Origin: Candidatus Uhrbacteria bacterium
GTDB taxonomy: Bacteria > Patescibacteriota > Patescibacteriia > UBA9934 > GWF2-40-263
DNA: 64,000 nucleotides
Assembly (NCBI GenBank): GCA_026395055.1
Contig: JAPLZK010000001.1
Location: 81,527-145,526 of the forward strand
Direction of reading: 5' to 3'
Made by a program: the position numbers and the translations under genes. The notes under the pieces are model-generated. The model was not told where the DNA came from. It searched no databases and worked only from the letters and a program-made list of their open reading frames with translations. Below are positions 19,006 to 28,508 of this stretch, in pieces (the stretch's first letter is position 1; each line of letters begins with the position of its first letter).

Positions 19006-21252
19006 TTAAGATGTTGCATTCTTTTTGAAGAATGGTCGCTTTGGACGATCCATTGACCCTCCGGCTGATGGAGGTTTAGATGCGCCACCCGCGCCTGGAG
19101 CTGGTCGTTCTGGGTAAACGTTTCCTGGGGCTTCTTTCATGGAAAGGCTAATCTTTCCGTCCGGATTGATTTCCATAACCTTTACAAAAACCACTTGGCC
19201 CATTTTTACAATATCCGTTACATTTTCAACACGCCACGGTGCCATGTTGCTTACGTGAACCATTCCGTCTTTTTTCGGTAAGAATTCAACGATAGCTCCA
19301 AAGTCCATAACACGCACGACTTTCCCTTGGTAGATTTCTCCAACCTTGGCTTCTCGTGTGAGAGATTCGATCCAGGCTTTTGCTTGATCGGCTCCGTTTG
19401 AGTCTTTGGACGTAATCATGACGAGACCGTCTTCCTCAATATCAATTGCTTGAACACCCGTTGTTGCAATGATTTCATTGATCATCTTTCCGCCTGGACC
19501 AATCACGCTTCCAATGGATTCTGGATTGATGCGAAGGGTGATGATGCGTGGTGCGTAAGGAGAAAGATCAGGACGTGGAGCAGAAATGGTTGCCTCCATG
19601 ACGTCGAGAATCTTCATGCGCGCAATGCGCGCTTGGTTTACGGCTTGCGTCACAATTTCGCGTGAAAGTCCTTTTGTTTTTGTATCCATTTGAATTGCGG
19701 TGATTCCGGATCGGGATCCAGCAATCTTGAAGTCCATTCCACCTTTACCGTCTTCCAGGTCTTGAAGATCGGTTAAGACTTTGAATCCTCCCACATCATT
19801 GGACGCAAGTCCCATTGCGATTCCAGCAACCGCGGCTTTGATTGGGACTCCTGCATCCATGAGCGCGAGGGTTGAACCACACGTGGATGCCATAGAACTT
19901 GATCCATTAGATCCGAAGACTTCAGATACGGCACGAACGGTGTAAGGAAACGCTTCTTTGTCTGGCATCATTCCGCGTAATGCTTTCTCGGCGAGTCCGC
20001 CGTGTCCGATATCGCGACGTGATGGTCCGCGAAGCGGTTTTACTTCTCCAACGGAGAATGGAGGAAAGTTGTAATGGTGGAAGAAACGTTTCTTTCCAAC
20101 GGTTTCCATGCCGTCCAATGTTTGTTCGTCGCCAGGTGCGCCGAGGGTGATGGTTGTCAAAACTTGTGTTTCTCCGCGCATGAAGTGTCCGGTTCCGTGA
20201 ATGCGTGGAAGAAGTTGAACTTCTGCAAGGAGTGTACGAATTTCGTTTAACGCACGGCCATCGACACGTTTGCCATCTTCGATCACGGCGCGCGTGAGTT
20301 CGTCTTCTAAGACAGTAATGACAATGTCTGTTCCGTATTTAATTTGATCCTTCTCAATTCCCTTTTCAGCAAGGAATTGTTTTGTGCGCGCTTTTAGTTC
20401 TGATTTTTGTGCGGCACGTTCTCCTTTTGTTGCTTGTGGTGCTTTAAAGAAGAGTTCTTTTACTTGTTCGAGGATATATGGGCGAACCATGTCCTCGACA
20501 GTCTTGCGAGCAACAAGGATTGCCTTTTCTTCATCTGTTTTTGGAGAAAGAATATCTACTTTTGTTTTTCCTGCAGCTTTTACGACTTGGTCGATAAGTT
20601 GCATGGGTTCTTTCAAGTTTTTTTGTCCAAACCAGAACGCTTCCAAGACAACATCTTCTGCCGCTTCATTTGCTCCCGCTTCCACCATGATGATGGATTC
20701 CGTTGTTCCGGCAAATGCGAGATCAAGAAGTGATTTCTCACGCGCTTCATAGCTTGGGTTTAAAACCCATTCGCCATCTACTTGTCCAACGCGTACACAT
20801 CCGATTGGTCCGTCCCATGGAATGTCAGACATCGCGAGTGCACAGCTTCCACCAATGAGTCCCAAAACATCTGGATCATTTTCGCCATCAAACGCGAGAC
20901 AGGTGACAATCACTTGAATGTCATTGCGAATGCGATCATCAAACAATGGGCGCAGGGCGCGATCAATAAATCGTGCGGTGAGAATTGCTTCGTCTGTTGG
21001 ACGACCTTCTGTTTTCATGAAACGTGAACCTTTGATGCGACCAGCCGCATACAATTTTTCTTCGTAATCTACCATGAGGGGAAGATAATCGATTCCATCA
21101 CGCTTGTTTGAACTAAGTGTTGCGGTCGCGAGAATCACCGTGTCTCCGTATTGCACCATACAAGCTCCGTTTGCTTGTGCGGCATATTTGCCAACTTCAA
21201 TGGATAAGGTTTTTCCGCCCCATTGCGTTTCAAATTTCTGAATCTTGTTCAT
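19006..21252 (-). CDS. pnp: Polyribonucleotide nucleotidyltransferase (PNPase)
   Basis: RFIDRALRPLF, RGETQ, SNGSSSMAS, DFKIAG motifs, then KH and S1 domains. Confidence 0.98.
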   Translation of the reverse strand: MNKIQKFETQWGGKTLSIEVGKYAAQANGACMVQYGDTVILATATLSSNKRDGIDYLPLMVDYEEKLYAAGRIKGSRFMKTEGRPTDEAILTARFIDRALRPLFDDRIRNDIQVIVTCLAFDGENDPDVLGLIGGSCALAMSDIPWDGPIGCVRVGQVDGEWVLNPSYEAREKSLLDLAFAGTTESIIMVEAGANEAAEDVVLEAFWFGQKNLKEPMQLIDQVVKAAGKTKVDILSPKTDEEKAILVARKTVEDMVRPYILEQVKELFFKAPQATKGERAAQKSELKARTKQFLAEKGIEKDQIKYGTDIVITVLEDELTRAVIEDGKRVDGRALNEIRTLLAEVQLLPRIHGTGHFMRGETQVLTTITLGAPGDEQTLDGMETVGKKRFFHHYNFPPFSVGEVKPLRGPSRRDIGHGGLAEKALRGMMPDKEAFPYTVRAVSEVFGSNGSSSMASTCGSTLALMDAGVPIKAAVAGIAMGLASNDVGGFKVLTDLQDLEDGKGGMDFKIAGSRSGITAIQMDTKTKGLSREIVTQAVNQARIARMKILDVMEATISAPRPDLSPYAPRIITLRINPESIGSVIGPGGKMINEIIATTGVQAIDIEEDGLVMITSKDSNGADQAKAWIESLTREAKVGEIYQGKVVRVMDFGAIVEFLPKKDGMVHVSNMAPWRVENVTDIVKMGQVVFVKVMEINPDGKISLSMKEAPGNVYPERPAPGAGGASKPPSAGGSMDRPKRPFFKKNATS

Positions 21253-21381
21253 AATTTGTGATTCTGCAGAAGCGTAAGAAGTCGAGCAATCTCTCGAAAT
21301 CTCGTTGTCTCTGCAGAATCGAGCTAATGATTAATCCGTGTAAGGCTTGCGCTATTCACAAGCCTCTCACTGCGCAATCAT

Positions 21382-22059
21382 TTAAAATTCTAATCGGCGT
21401 TCACGTGAATCCTCCTGATCTTTATTTGGTTTTGATTCCATGAAGAATCCGTGATCTCCTTCGTTATCTTCGTGTTCTTCCCCAATGTCGTCTGTGTTTG
21501 TAGGTTCCATGTATTCTGGTTCATCATTGTAGCTTGGTTTTTTGTCGTGCGTTGGTTTTGAAACGGGCCCAATAAGGAAACGACGTTTGTTTTGAGACAT
21601 GTCGATGTGCGCATCGACAACGCCGGTAAGAATGGACGATGTTGTTTCCCCGAAGCTTATTAATTCTACGATGCGTCCGCGCGCTTGGCAAAATTGTACA
21701 AGCGGTGCGTAGTCTCCATCACCAGAAACTAAGACAACAACGTCGAGCATGTCGAGCATACGCACGACATCAATGGTGAGTCCAACATCCCAATCCCCTT
21801 TTTTGTGACCGGATGCGTATTCAATGAGATCTTTTTCTCGAAGTTCGATTCCTGCTTTCTCGAGGGCATCAAAGAATGGACGACCTTCTTCTCCTTTTGT
21901 GCGAATGACATACGCCATTGCGCGAATGAGTCTGCGTCCGCTTGTTGCGTCTGCCACAATATTTTTAAAATCTACTTTGCGTTTAAAAAGATAACGCGCA
22001 GAGTAGTACATGTTTTGTGTGTCGATAAAAATTCCGACACGTTGGTCTGGGTGTTGCAT
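21382..22059 (-). CDS. NYN-domain (LabA/DUF88, PIN-like) protein
   Basis: FIDTQN, KGDWDV, LVSGDGDY motifs; acidic tail. Confidence 0.92.
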   Translation of the reverse strand: MQHPDQRVGIFIDTQNMYYSARYLFKRKVDFKNIVADATSGRRLIRAMAYVIRTKGEEGRPFFDALEKAGIELREKDLIEYASGHKKGDWDVGLTIDVVRMLDMLDVVVLVSGDGDYAPLVQFCQARGRIVELISFGETTSSILTGVVDAHIDMSQNKRRFLIGPVSKPTHDKKPSYNDEPEYMEPTNTDDIGEEHEDNEGDHGFFMESKPNKDQEDSRERRLEF

Positions 22060-22154
22060 AATGAAAGGGACAAGGGGTTAGGGTCTAGGGGTTAGTCAAA
22101 AAAGTGCTAACCACGAAAAAGGCAAAACCTCGCCGAATGGGCGAGGCTTTTAAA

Positions 22155-22418
22155 TTACTTCAGTTCCAATTCTTTCTTGAGTTTCAAAAACGCTTTTGCA
22201 TCTTCGCGCTCAAGGTATTTGAGCAAGCGGCGGCGTTCGTTTACCTTTTTGATGAGTCCACGGCGGGATGAAAAGTCCTTTTTGTGGTCTTTCAAGTGAT
22301 CCGTAAGCTCAGAGATTTCTGAGGTTAAAATAGCGATCTGCACTTGTGGTGACCCTGTGTCAGAAGCATGTGTACGGAATTTCTCAATAATCTTGAGTTT
22401 CTTTTTAACATCGAGCAT
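22155..22418 (-). CDS. rpsO: 30S ribosomal protein S15
   Basis: DTGSPQVQIAILT...HKKDFSSRRGL. Confidence 0.98.
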   Translation of the reverse strand: MLDVKKKLKIIEKFRTHASDTGSPQVQIAILTSEISELTDHLKDHKKDFSSRRGLIKKVNERRRLLKYLEREDAKAFLKLKKELELK

Positions 22419-22500
22419 ATCTTTGTGATTTCGTGCCGGTCAACTGAGTAAAAGGGGCTCATTCCTTAAACCGAGTCAAAGGCCAATGAGTTATGGGCAC
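22419..22500 (-). promoter_or_regulatory. Putative structured rpsO 5' leader (S15 autoregulation candidate)
   Basis: CTCATT/AATGAG and CCTTTGA/TTAAGG helices in the leader; r-protein leaders are established in other phyla. Confidence 0.45.
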
Positions 22501-22529
22501 AATATAAGGTTATAAGAGGGTTTTGTCAA
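22501..22529 (-). promoter_or_regulatory. sigma70 promoter of rpsO
   Basis: TTGACA-17 bp-TATATT. Confidence 0.75.
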
Positions 22530-22536
22530 ATATAGG

Positions 22537-22869
22537 CTATTTATACATCAAAATACCAATAACGACCCCTAAATCTACTAAAATCATGAGACTGTTTGGA
22601 AACCAAATGGGCATTTCTTTGTGAAGCCAGCCGTAATACGTCCAATAACACGCACTTATAAGGTAGGTTCCCCATGTGACAAGAGAGAGATCTGAAGCAT
22701 TGTGATGTACAAAGATGGTAATGAACTGAGGAATGGTCAGGATGGGAACGATGATGGAGAGATAAGCGAAGCGATCAACGAACCGGATAAAGGCTTTTGG
22801 GTTTGGGACTGGTTCTAGTTGTTTTGAAGCGCGCGCGCGTGCACGAAGATGTTTGAGTCCAGAATTCAT
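22537..22869 (-). CDS. SemiSWEET/PQ-loop small transporter
   Basis: LTIPQFITIF...ASDLS...W.YYG...PIWFPN; 3 TM segments. Confidence 0.8.
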   Translation of the reverse strand: MNSGLKHLRARARASKQLEPVPNPKAFIRFVDRFAYLSIIVPILTIPQFITIFVHHNASDLSLVTWGTYLISACYWTYYGWLHKEMPIWFPNSLMILVDLGVVIGILMYK

Positions 22870-22946
22870 AAGAAAGGATGAACGAATCAGTGTGATTAGT
22901 ATATCAAAAAAACATCCCCGGGTCAGGGATGTTTTTTGTTTCACGG

Positions 22947-23711
22947 TTATTTACCGAGTGCCTTGTCGATTGCTGCGGAAAGCGTTGCTTCTGGGACAGC
23001 TCCTGTAATTGGAGTTGCAGAACCGTCTTTTCCGATAACGAATGTTCCCGGTGTTCCGTTGATTCCCGCGGCTCCTCCGGCTGCGGCTTGGTCTTGGATT
23101 TTCTTCAAGTATTTTTGTGTTTTCACACAATCGTTGAATTTACCAAGGTTCAACTTATTGTCTGTTGCGAGTTTTACGTAATACGCATCGTTTTCTGAAT
23201 CTTGGTTTGCAAACAATGCGTCATGAAACTCCCAGAACTTTCCTTGTTCAGATGCACATTCTGCTGCGTTTGCGGCTGGAAGGGCGTTTGGGTGAAAGGA
23301 TAATGGGAAGTGGCGGTACACAAGACGAACTTGGTCTTTGTATTTTGCCATGACCGTATCAAGAGTTGGTTCAAATGCGCCACAGTATGGGCATTGGAAG
23401 TCTGAGTATTCAATGAGGGTCACAGGCGCGTTCTTATTTCCTTTCATGTGGTCGTCATTTGAAACTGCGGGAACGGTTCCGGTTGGAGCTGGTGCTGCAT
23501 TTGGATCTGCGGACGGAGATGGGTTGTTTACGGCGATTGGTTTTGCGCTATTTGATCCAAGGGATAAATCGCTCACAGAACAGCTTCCGCGGAACATGCA
23601 GGTTGCAAGTAAGATGAAGCCGAGTGTTCCGACTCCAAGGATTGCGGTGCCGACTCCGAGCCAGAATGCGGTTTTTGACGGGATAACGTCAAAAAGATTT
23701 TGTTTTTCCAT
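22947..23711 (-). CDS. DsbA-family thioredoxin-fold oxidoreductase, membrane anchored
   Basis: EYSDFQCPYC, RHFPL, GTPG; N-terminal TM. Confidence 0.93.
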   Translation of the reverse strand: MEKQNLFDVIPSKTAFWLGVGTAILGVGTLGFILLATCMFRGSCSVSDLSLGSNSAKPIAVNNPSPSADPNAAPAPTGTVPAVSNDDHMKGNKNAPVTLIEYSDFQCPYCGAFEPTLDTVMAKYKDQVRLVYRHFPLSFHPNALPAANAAECASEQGKFWEFHDALFANQDSENDAYYVKLATDNKLNLGKFNDCVKTQKYLKKIQDQAAAGGAAGINGTPGTFVIGKDGSATPITGAVPEATLSAAIDKALGK

Positions 23712-23758
23712 AATGAGAAAAGTGAATTCAAGAAGTTAAGTTGTCGAAAAGTCGATTT

Positions 23759-24145
23759 TTAGAAACCGTGTGCAGAGGAAATTTGCGGAAGGAATAGATC
23801 AAATGGAATTGGGCCTGTTCTCGGTCGTAAATGCTCCCTTCTGCCGATACGGCCTGTGATAGCAAGGAATCGAACAAGTGATTTCTCTAGAATACGCTTT
23901 GAACATATGGCATAGACGATCACGGCCGCAAGAATGCTTGCGAGTTCTTGTGTGAGCGCCATGTCTGGCGCATGTTTTTCTGTGTGAATTGGACTGGATG
24001 CATGTTCAACGGAACAGAACGGGCCTTGGAAAAAAGACACAGAACTTGTTGACCCGCATCCGGATGCGGCACCGATCATAAAACTCATCGCAAGAAGAGC
24101 GAGGGAGAGGCTAATCACCAGTGATCGCGGACAAGCACGAATCAT
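23759..24145 (-). CDS. Hypothetical membrane protein
   Basis: 128-aa ORF with two hydrophobic segments, upstream of the DsbA-like gene. Confidence 0.5.
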   Translation of the reverse strand: MIRACPRSLVISLSLALLAMSFMIGAASGCGSTSSVSFFQGPFCSVEHASSPIHTEKHAPDMALTQELASILAAVIVYAICSKRILEKSLVRFLAITGRIGRREHLRPRTGPIPFDLFLPQISSAHGF

Positions 24146-24246
24146 AATGAAAGAATTATAGCAGATGAAAGACGGAAAGAAGAGAATGCGTCAAGAAGGA
24201 AAGAATATTCGACCAAGAGAAGTGATGTGTCGTATAATTTCCGTAC

Positions 24247-25167
24247 ATGAAAAAACTCGATCAACTGATTACCGACTTTCTTGAATATCTTGAAATCGAA
24301 CGTGGGCGTTCAAATCGTACGATTGTGAACTATAATTTTTATTTGCGAAGATTTTCAGAGTTCGCAAAGAATCCTTTCGCAAAAGATGTTACACGTGATC
24401 AAATCCACGAGTACCGGTTGTGGTTGAACAGAATGGAAAGCGGAAGACAACGTGAACAACTCTCAAAGAGTACACAAAATTATCATTTGATCGCGCTTCG
24501 ATCTTTTTTGAAATATCTCGCGCGCCAAGCGGTTGAAAGTTTGCCCGCAGAACAAATCGAACTTGCAAAAACGCCCATGCGACAAGTTGAATTTCTAGAA
24601 GTTGATGAATTGGATCGATTGCTGAAAGCGCCAGATCGAACGGCTAAGGGAATGATTGCCCTTCGTGATAAGGCTGTGCTCGAGCTTTTATTCTCGACAG
24701 GGCTTCGTGTTTCAGAACTCTCAAATTTACAAATGGAAAATATTAATTTGAAGCGCGAAGAATTTACGATTCGCGGAAAAGGTGGAAAGACACGATTAGT
24801 TTTTCTTTCTTCAACGGCGCGTGATGCGATTACAACCTATCTCGATAAACGTCGTGACACGTCTCCATTTATTTTCGTTTCGCATGATCGCGCGAAACAA
24901 GGACGTGAAGAAACGGGTCCACTCACCCCTCGATCAATTCAGAGAATGGTTGAGAGATATGCAACAGCCGTTGGAATTACCAAACACATTACGCCACATA
25001 CACTTCGACACACATTCGCAACAGATCTGCTTCTCTCGGGAGCAGATATTCGATCGGTCCAATCCATGCTTGGACACTCGAGTATTACAACCACACAGAT
25101 TTATACACACATTACCAACAACCAGATGAAAGATGTGTATAAGAAGTTTCATGGGAAGAATCGATAA
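24247..25167 (+). CDS. XerC/XerD-like tyrosine recombinase
   Basis: STGLRVSEL, GKGGK, HTLRH, LGH, TTQIYTH catalytic motifs; SAM-like N-terminus. Confidence 0.95.
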   Translation: MKKLDQLITDFLEYLEIERGRSNRTIVNYNFYLRRFSEFAKNPFAKDVTRDQIHEYRLWLNRMESGRQREQLSKSTQNYHLIALRSFLKYLARQAVESLPAEQIELAKTPMRQVEFLEVDELDRLLKAPDRTAKGMIALRDKAVLELLFSTGLRVSELSNLQMENINLKREEFTIRGKGGKTRLVFLSSTARDAITTYLDKRRDTSPFIFVSHDRAKQGREETGPLTPRSIQRMVERYATAVGITKHITPHTLRHTFATDLLLSGADIRSVQSMLGHSSITTTQIYTHITNNQMKDVYKKFHGKNR

Positions 25168-25190
25168 AAAAAGATTCGACATGCGTCGAA

Positions 25191-25652
25191 TCAAGGATGG
25201 TTGAGAGCAAACTCTCGAGGAATGGCTTTCCAGCCATTTTTATTTTTGAAGAGTCGTCGTGCGACCACGGATTTGTGTGTGTCGAGGGTGAATCGATGAA
25301 ATCGATTTGCCGGAATGATAATGAGATCTCCCGGAGAAAGCATGATGCGCATCCAGCGATCATCCGCATCACGAATATCGAAGATGCCATTCCCTTCAAG
25401 GATGAGGCGAATCTCTTCGTCCTCATGACGATGTTCTTGAAAGAACATGACGAGTTTTGTTTCGAGATCTGGTGTGTTCTTATCGAGCTGCACTTCATCT
25501 TGATCCATGTACCCGCGCATGGAGCAGATGGACGCGAGGGTTTGTTCTCGTTCGCGCGTATGTGTTCCAAGTTGCCAAGAAAGGATTCCTTGTTGCGTAA
25601 GGAAATCACGATCAAGAATCACATTTGCATTATCGAGTAGAAAAGTATGCAT
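25191..25652 (-). CDS. mtnD: Acireductone dioxygenase (ARD) family cupin
   Basis: FFQEHRHEDEEIR...GIFDIR...WMRI...GDLIIIPANRFHRF...ARRLF. Confidence 0.85.
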   Translation of the reverse strand: MHTFLLDNANVILDRDFLTQQGILSWQLGTHTREREQTLASICSMRGYMDQDEVQLDKNTPDLETKLVMFFQEHRHEDEEIRLILEGNGIFDIRDADDRWMRIMLSPGDLIIIPANRFHRFTLDTHKSVVARRLFKNKNGWKAIPREFALNHP

Positions 25653-25655
25653 GTG

Positions 25656-26615
25656 CTACCTCCAGACGAGTTCATTTGTGTATTTCACAATTCCCTTCAC
25701 TCGCCATGGACGAAGGGTTGCAACGGAGCCAATGAAGATTGAACTTGCGCCGGCCTGATGATAGTCGCGCACATCTTCTTTGCATAGAATTCCGCCACCG
25801 CCATTGATGGGTTTTGTGAATCCTGTTGCGCGAAGTTGTTTGATCCAATCGCACACAAGGGGTTTGAGTGCGGCACCAGAAATTCCACCACCACCCAAAT
25901 GTTGGAGCGGAGAGGTTGGGTTGCGCCATGTGTGAAGACCGAAGGAAAATTTTCCGTCCGGTTTCCAATCGTAGGGAATCGTATTTGAAACGCAGATCGC
26001 ATCGCAATACGGAAGGTGTTCAAGTTCCATGACGGCCGCAATCGGTGCAGATGCAATCGAGAACTTTGGCATGATTGGAACACCAAGGTGACTTGCGGCT
26101 TCAAGAATAGTGATCCATTCGGAAATAAATGTTTTCGGATCGTGTCCTGTGTTTGGACACGACAAGTTGATCTGTAATCCAAATAGGGATTTGAATTGGT
26201 GTTTGCAAAGAGCGAGCGCGGCAACCATGCGTTGTATTTCATCCAGTCGTGTTTCCGGTGTGTCCGCAAGCGTCGTCACGGAAATCCAAAATGGTTTTGC
26301 ATGCGACTGCCAGCGAAATGTGTTTAGCAGATCGATCACGCCAGGATTCGAAAGCCCAACCGAGTTGAGCATGAGTCCTTCGAATGGTCTTGCGCGGACA
26401 CAGAGCGGAAATGGATAGCGCGGCGAAAAGTCGCTCGCAAGAACCATGTTTCCCGCACGAGCGCGCAGTGTTGCTGTCTTTGACACAAACGTTACGTCGG
26501 AGAAATCAAGGCCGAATGGTTTCCATGCGGGATGAAACCAATACCCTTCTCCAAAAAATCCTTGAACGCCGGACGCACCAAGCACATTCCCAAATTCAAT
26601 CTTACGAAGTTGCAT
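25656..26615 (-). CDS. pyrD: Dihydroorotate dehydrogenase family flavoprotein
   Basis: ASG, SKT, NSVGLSNPG, NLSCPN, SNT, GGISG, GGGGI motifs. Confidence 0.8.
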   Translation of the reverse strand: MQLRKIEFGNVLGASGVQGFFGEGYWFHPAWKPFGLDFSDVTFVSKTATLRARAGNMVLASDFSPRYPFPLCVRARPFEGLMLNSVGLSNPGVIDLLNTFRWQSHAKPFWISVTTLADTPETRLDEIQRMVAALALCKHQFKSLFGLQINLSCPNTGHDPKTFISEWITILEAASHLGVPIMPKFSIASAPIAAVMELEHLPYCDAICVSNTIPYDWKPDGKFSFGLHTWRNPTSPLQHLGGGGISGAALKPLVCDWIKQLRATGFTKPINGGGGILCKEDVRDYHQAGASSIFIGSVATLRPWRVKGIVKYTNELVWR

Positions 26616-26760
26616 GTGGATTCCTTTTTGTCTATTGGTTGAAAGAATCAGAGGAATCTTACTTGATCCGAGAGAAATGGCAATAAATGATTGACAAATA
26701 CGTGATTTTCGTGTATTTTTTTCTGTTGTTTTACAACGTGTTTCAAACAACGGAGGAACC

Positions 26761-27702
26761 ATGGAACGGAAATCCGATTCCAAGCTCATTGAAAACCTGT
26801 TTCGCAAACGCGATCTACTCCTTGCAGGAAATGACGATCACAAACAGATTCGTCCCGTTCTGCTTATTTTGGGTGGTGGCATGCGTGGGGCAAGTGGCAT
26901 TGGTGCGGTGTATGCGCTACACCTTCTTGGATTGCAAGACGTATTCGATGTCGTTGTCGGAATCTCGACCGGAGCAGGCATCAGCGCTTGTTTCCTCTCG
27001 GGAGAAGAAACGGCTCGACGTGGCGCAGCGATTTATTACGAAGATCTTGCGCAAGGGTTCATTGATGTCATGCGTGATCCAATTACGGACATTGATTTCG
27101 TTGAGCGTGTTGTGCGAACCGGAAGAAAACGTGTTGATCCAGAAGCGATTCACAGCGCGCGATCGGAATTTTTCGTGTGTGTGACCGATCACCACGATGT
27201 GACTCCAGTGCTTCTTGATGCAAAGCGAGCGACTCCAGACATCATCACGGCCGTGAAAGCGTCTATGGCGATTCCGGGATTCTATAATCGAACCGTTCAA
27301 GTGAATGGTCGGCAGTACGTGGATGGAAGTGTGAATCCGTTTCCGATTCGTCGCGTACTCGAGCTTTTCAATCCGACCGACATGTTGGTCATCGCGAATT
27401 GTACGGAAGAATCCGGACGAGATCGTGAACCAAATTTGATCGAGAAGGCGTTGAACCTCTATTTCATGCGCAATGTGCCGAACACGCTTCGCACCATGTG
27501 GACGTCGCGTTACGAGCGGTGGGCTCGTGGACTCGCACAGTTCCGCGCGCTCACACACGTGCACACCGGAATTTTGTGGTCACCGACACAAATTGAAATG
27601 CTCACAAGCGACCCAGAAAAATTACGCTACGCGTCAGAACGTGCGGTCGAAGAAACGTTTCGCTCATTTGGTCAAAAGCCACCTGCGTTTTCACTCCTCT
27701 GA
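26761..27702 (+). CDS. Patatin-like phospholipase
   Basis: GGGMRG oxyanion loop, GISTG nucleophile elbow, YVDG. Confidence 0.92.
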   Translation: MERKSDSKLIENLFRKRDLLLAGNDDHKQIRPVLLILGGGMRGASGIGAVYALHLLGLQDVFDVVVGISTGAGISACFLSGEETARRGAAIYYEDLAQGFIDVMRDPITDIDFVERVVRTGRKRVDPEAIHSARSEFFVCVTDHHDVTPVLLDAKRATPDIITAVKASMAIPGFYNRTVQVNGRQYVDGSVNPFPIRRVLELFNPTDMLVIANCTEESGRDREPNLIEKALNLYFMRNVPNTLRTMWTSRYERWARGLAQFRALTHVHTGILWSPTQIEMLTSDPEKLRYASERAVEETFRSFGQKPPAFSLL

Positions 27703-27765
27703 TATTTCTCAGAGGATTTTTTTATGCAAACAAAAAATCCTTCGAGATCATCGAAAGATTCTTTG

Positions 27766-27842
27766 TGGTGGCCTGGACTGGAGTTGAACCAGTGACCTTG
27801 GGCTTAGAAGTCCCCTGCTCTATCCAACTGAGCTACCAGGCC
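27766..27842 (-). tRNA. tRNA-Arg(TCT)
   Basis: Cloverleaf GGCCTGG...CCAGGCC-A-CCA with anticodon loop CTTCTAA; the anticodon stem has two mismatches. Confidence 0.9.
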
Positions 27843-27908
27843 GCAAAAACTACGGTAAATATAATGGATTTTTGGAGATTTGTCAATCGATGCTATGATC
27901 AAATGCAT

Positions 27909-28508
27909 ATGAAGCAACAAATTTTTGCGATTCATGGCGGCGGTGCGTTTGACACGTACGAAGCGTTTCTTGAGGATCTTCGATCGATCAATCTTGATTT
28001 GTCTCGTGCGACACGCGAGGGTTGGAAGCAAAGTTTGCAAGAAACACTTGGTGATGACTTCGAGGTTATTCAACCTCGCATGCCGAATGCGAACAATGCA
28101 AAATATTTGGAATGGAAAATTTGGTTTGAGAAACACATTCCGTTTATGCAAGATGGTGTGATCTTCATCGGGCACTCACTCGGTGGAATTTTTCTTGCAA
28201 AATATTTGTCAGAAGAGACGTTGCCAAAAACCATTCGCGCAACACTACTCGTTGCACCACCGTTCAATACAGAAACAGAACATCCGCTCGCTGATTTTAT
28301 TCTATCCGCATCTCTCGAGAAGTTCGAGAAGCAAGCCGGTACTATTTATTTTTTTCAAAGTAAAGATGATGAAATTGTTCCGTACGCAAATGTTGAATCG
28401 TACACGTGTGTATTGCCGCGCGCACATTTGATCGCGTTCGAGGATCGTGGGCATTTTCATCAGGCAACATTTTCAGAATTAATCGAGGTGATAAAAAACA
28501 ACTGTTAA
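27909..28508 (+). CDS. Alpha/beta hydrolase, RBBP9/YdeN-like
   Basis: IHGG, GHSLG, SKDDEIVP, GHF catalytic triad pattern. Confidence 0.9.
   Translation: MKQQIFAIHGGGAFDTYEAFLEDLRSINLDLSRATREGWKQSLQETLGDDFEVIQPRMPNANNAKYLEWKIWFEKHIPFMQDGVIFIGHSLGGIFLAKYLSEETLPKTIRATLLVAPPFNTETEHPLADFILSASLEKFEKQAGTIYFFQSKDDEIVPYANVESYTCVLPRAHLIAFEDRGHFHQATFSELIEVIKNNC

Noticed and set aside
24247-25167. Prophage or island integrase
   Set aside because: Its length and motifs fit chromosomal XerC/D; no att duplication or phage genes are adjacent, and no IntI-specific insertion was seen.
27765-27908. N-terminal extension of the alpha/beta hydrolase ORF
   Set aside because: It is the antisense of tRNA-Arg; the real start is MKQQIF at 27909.
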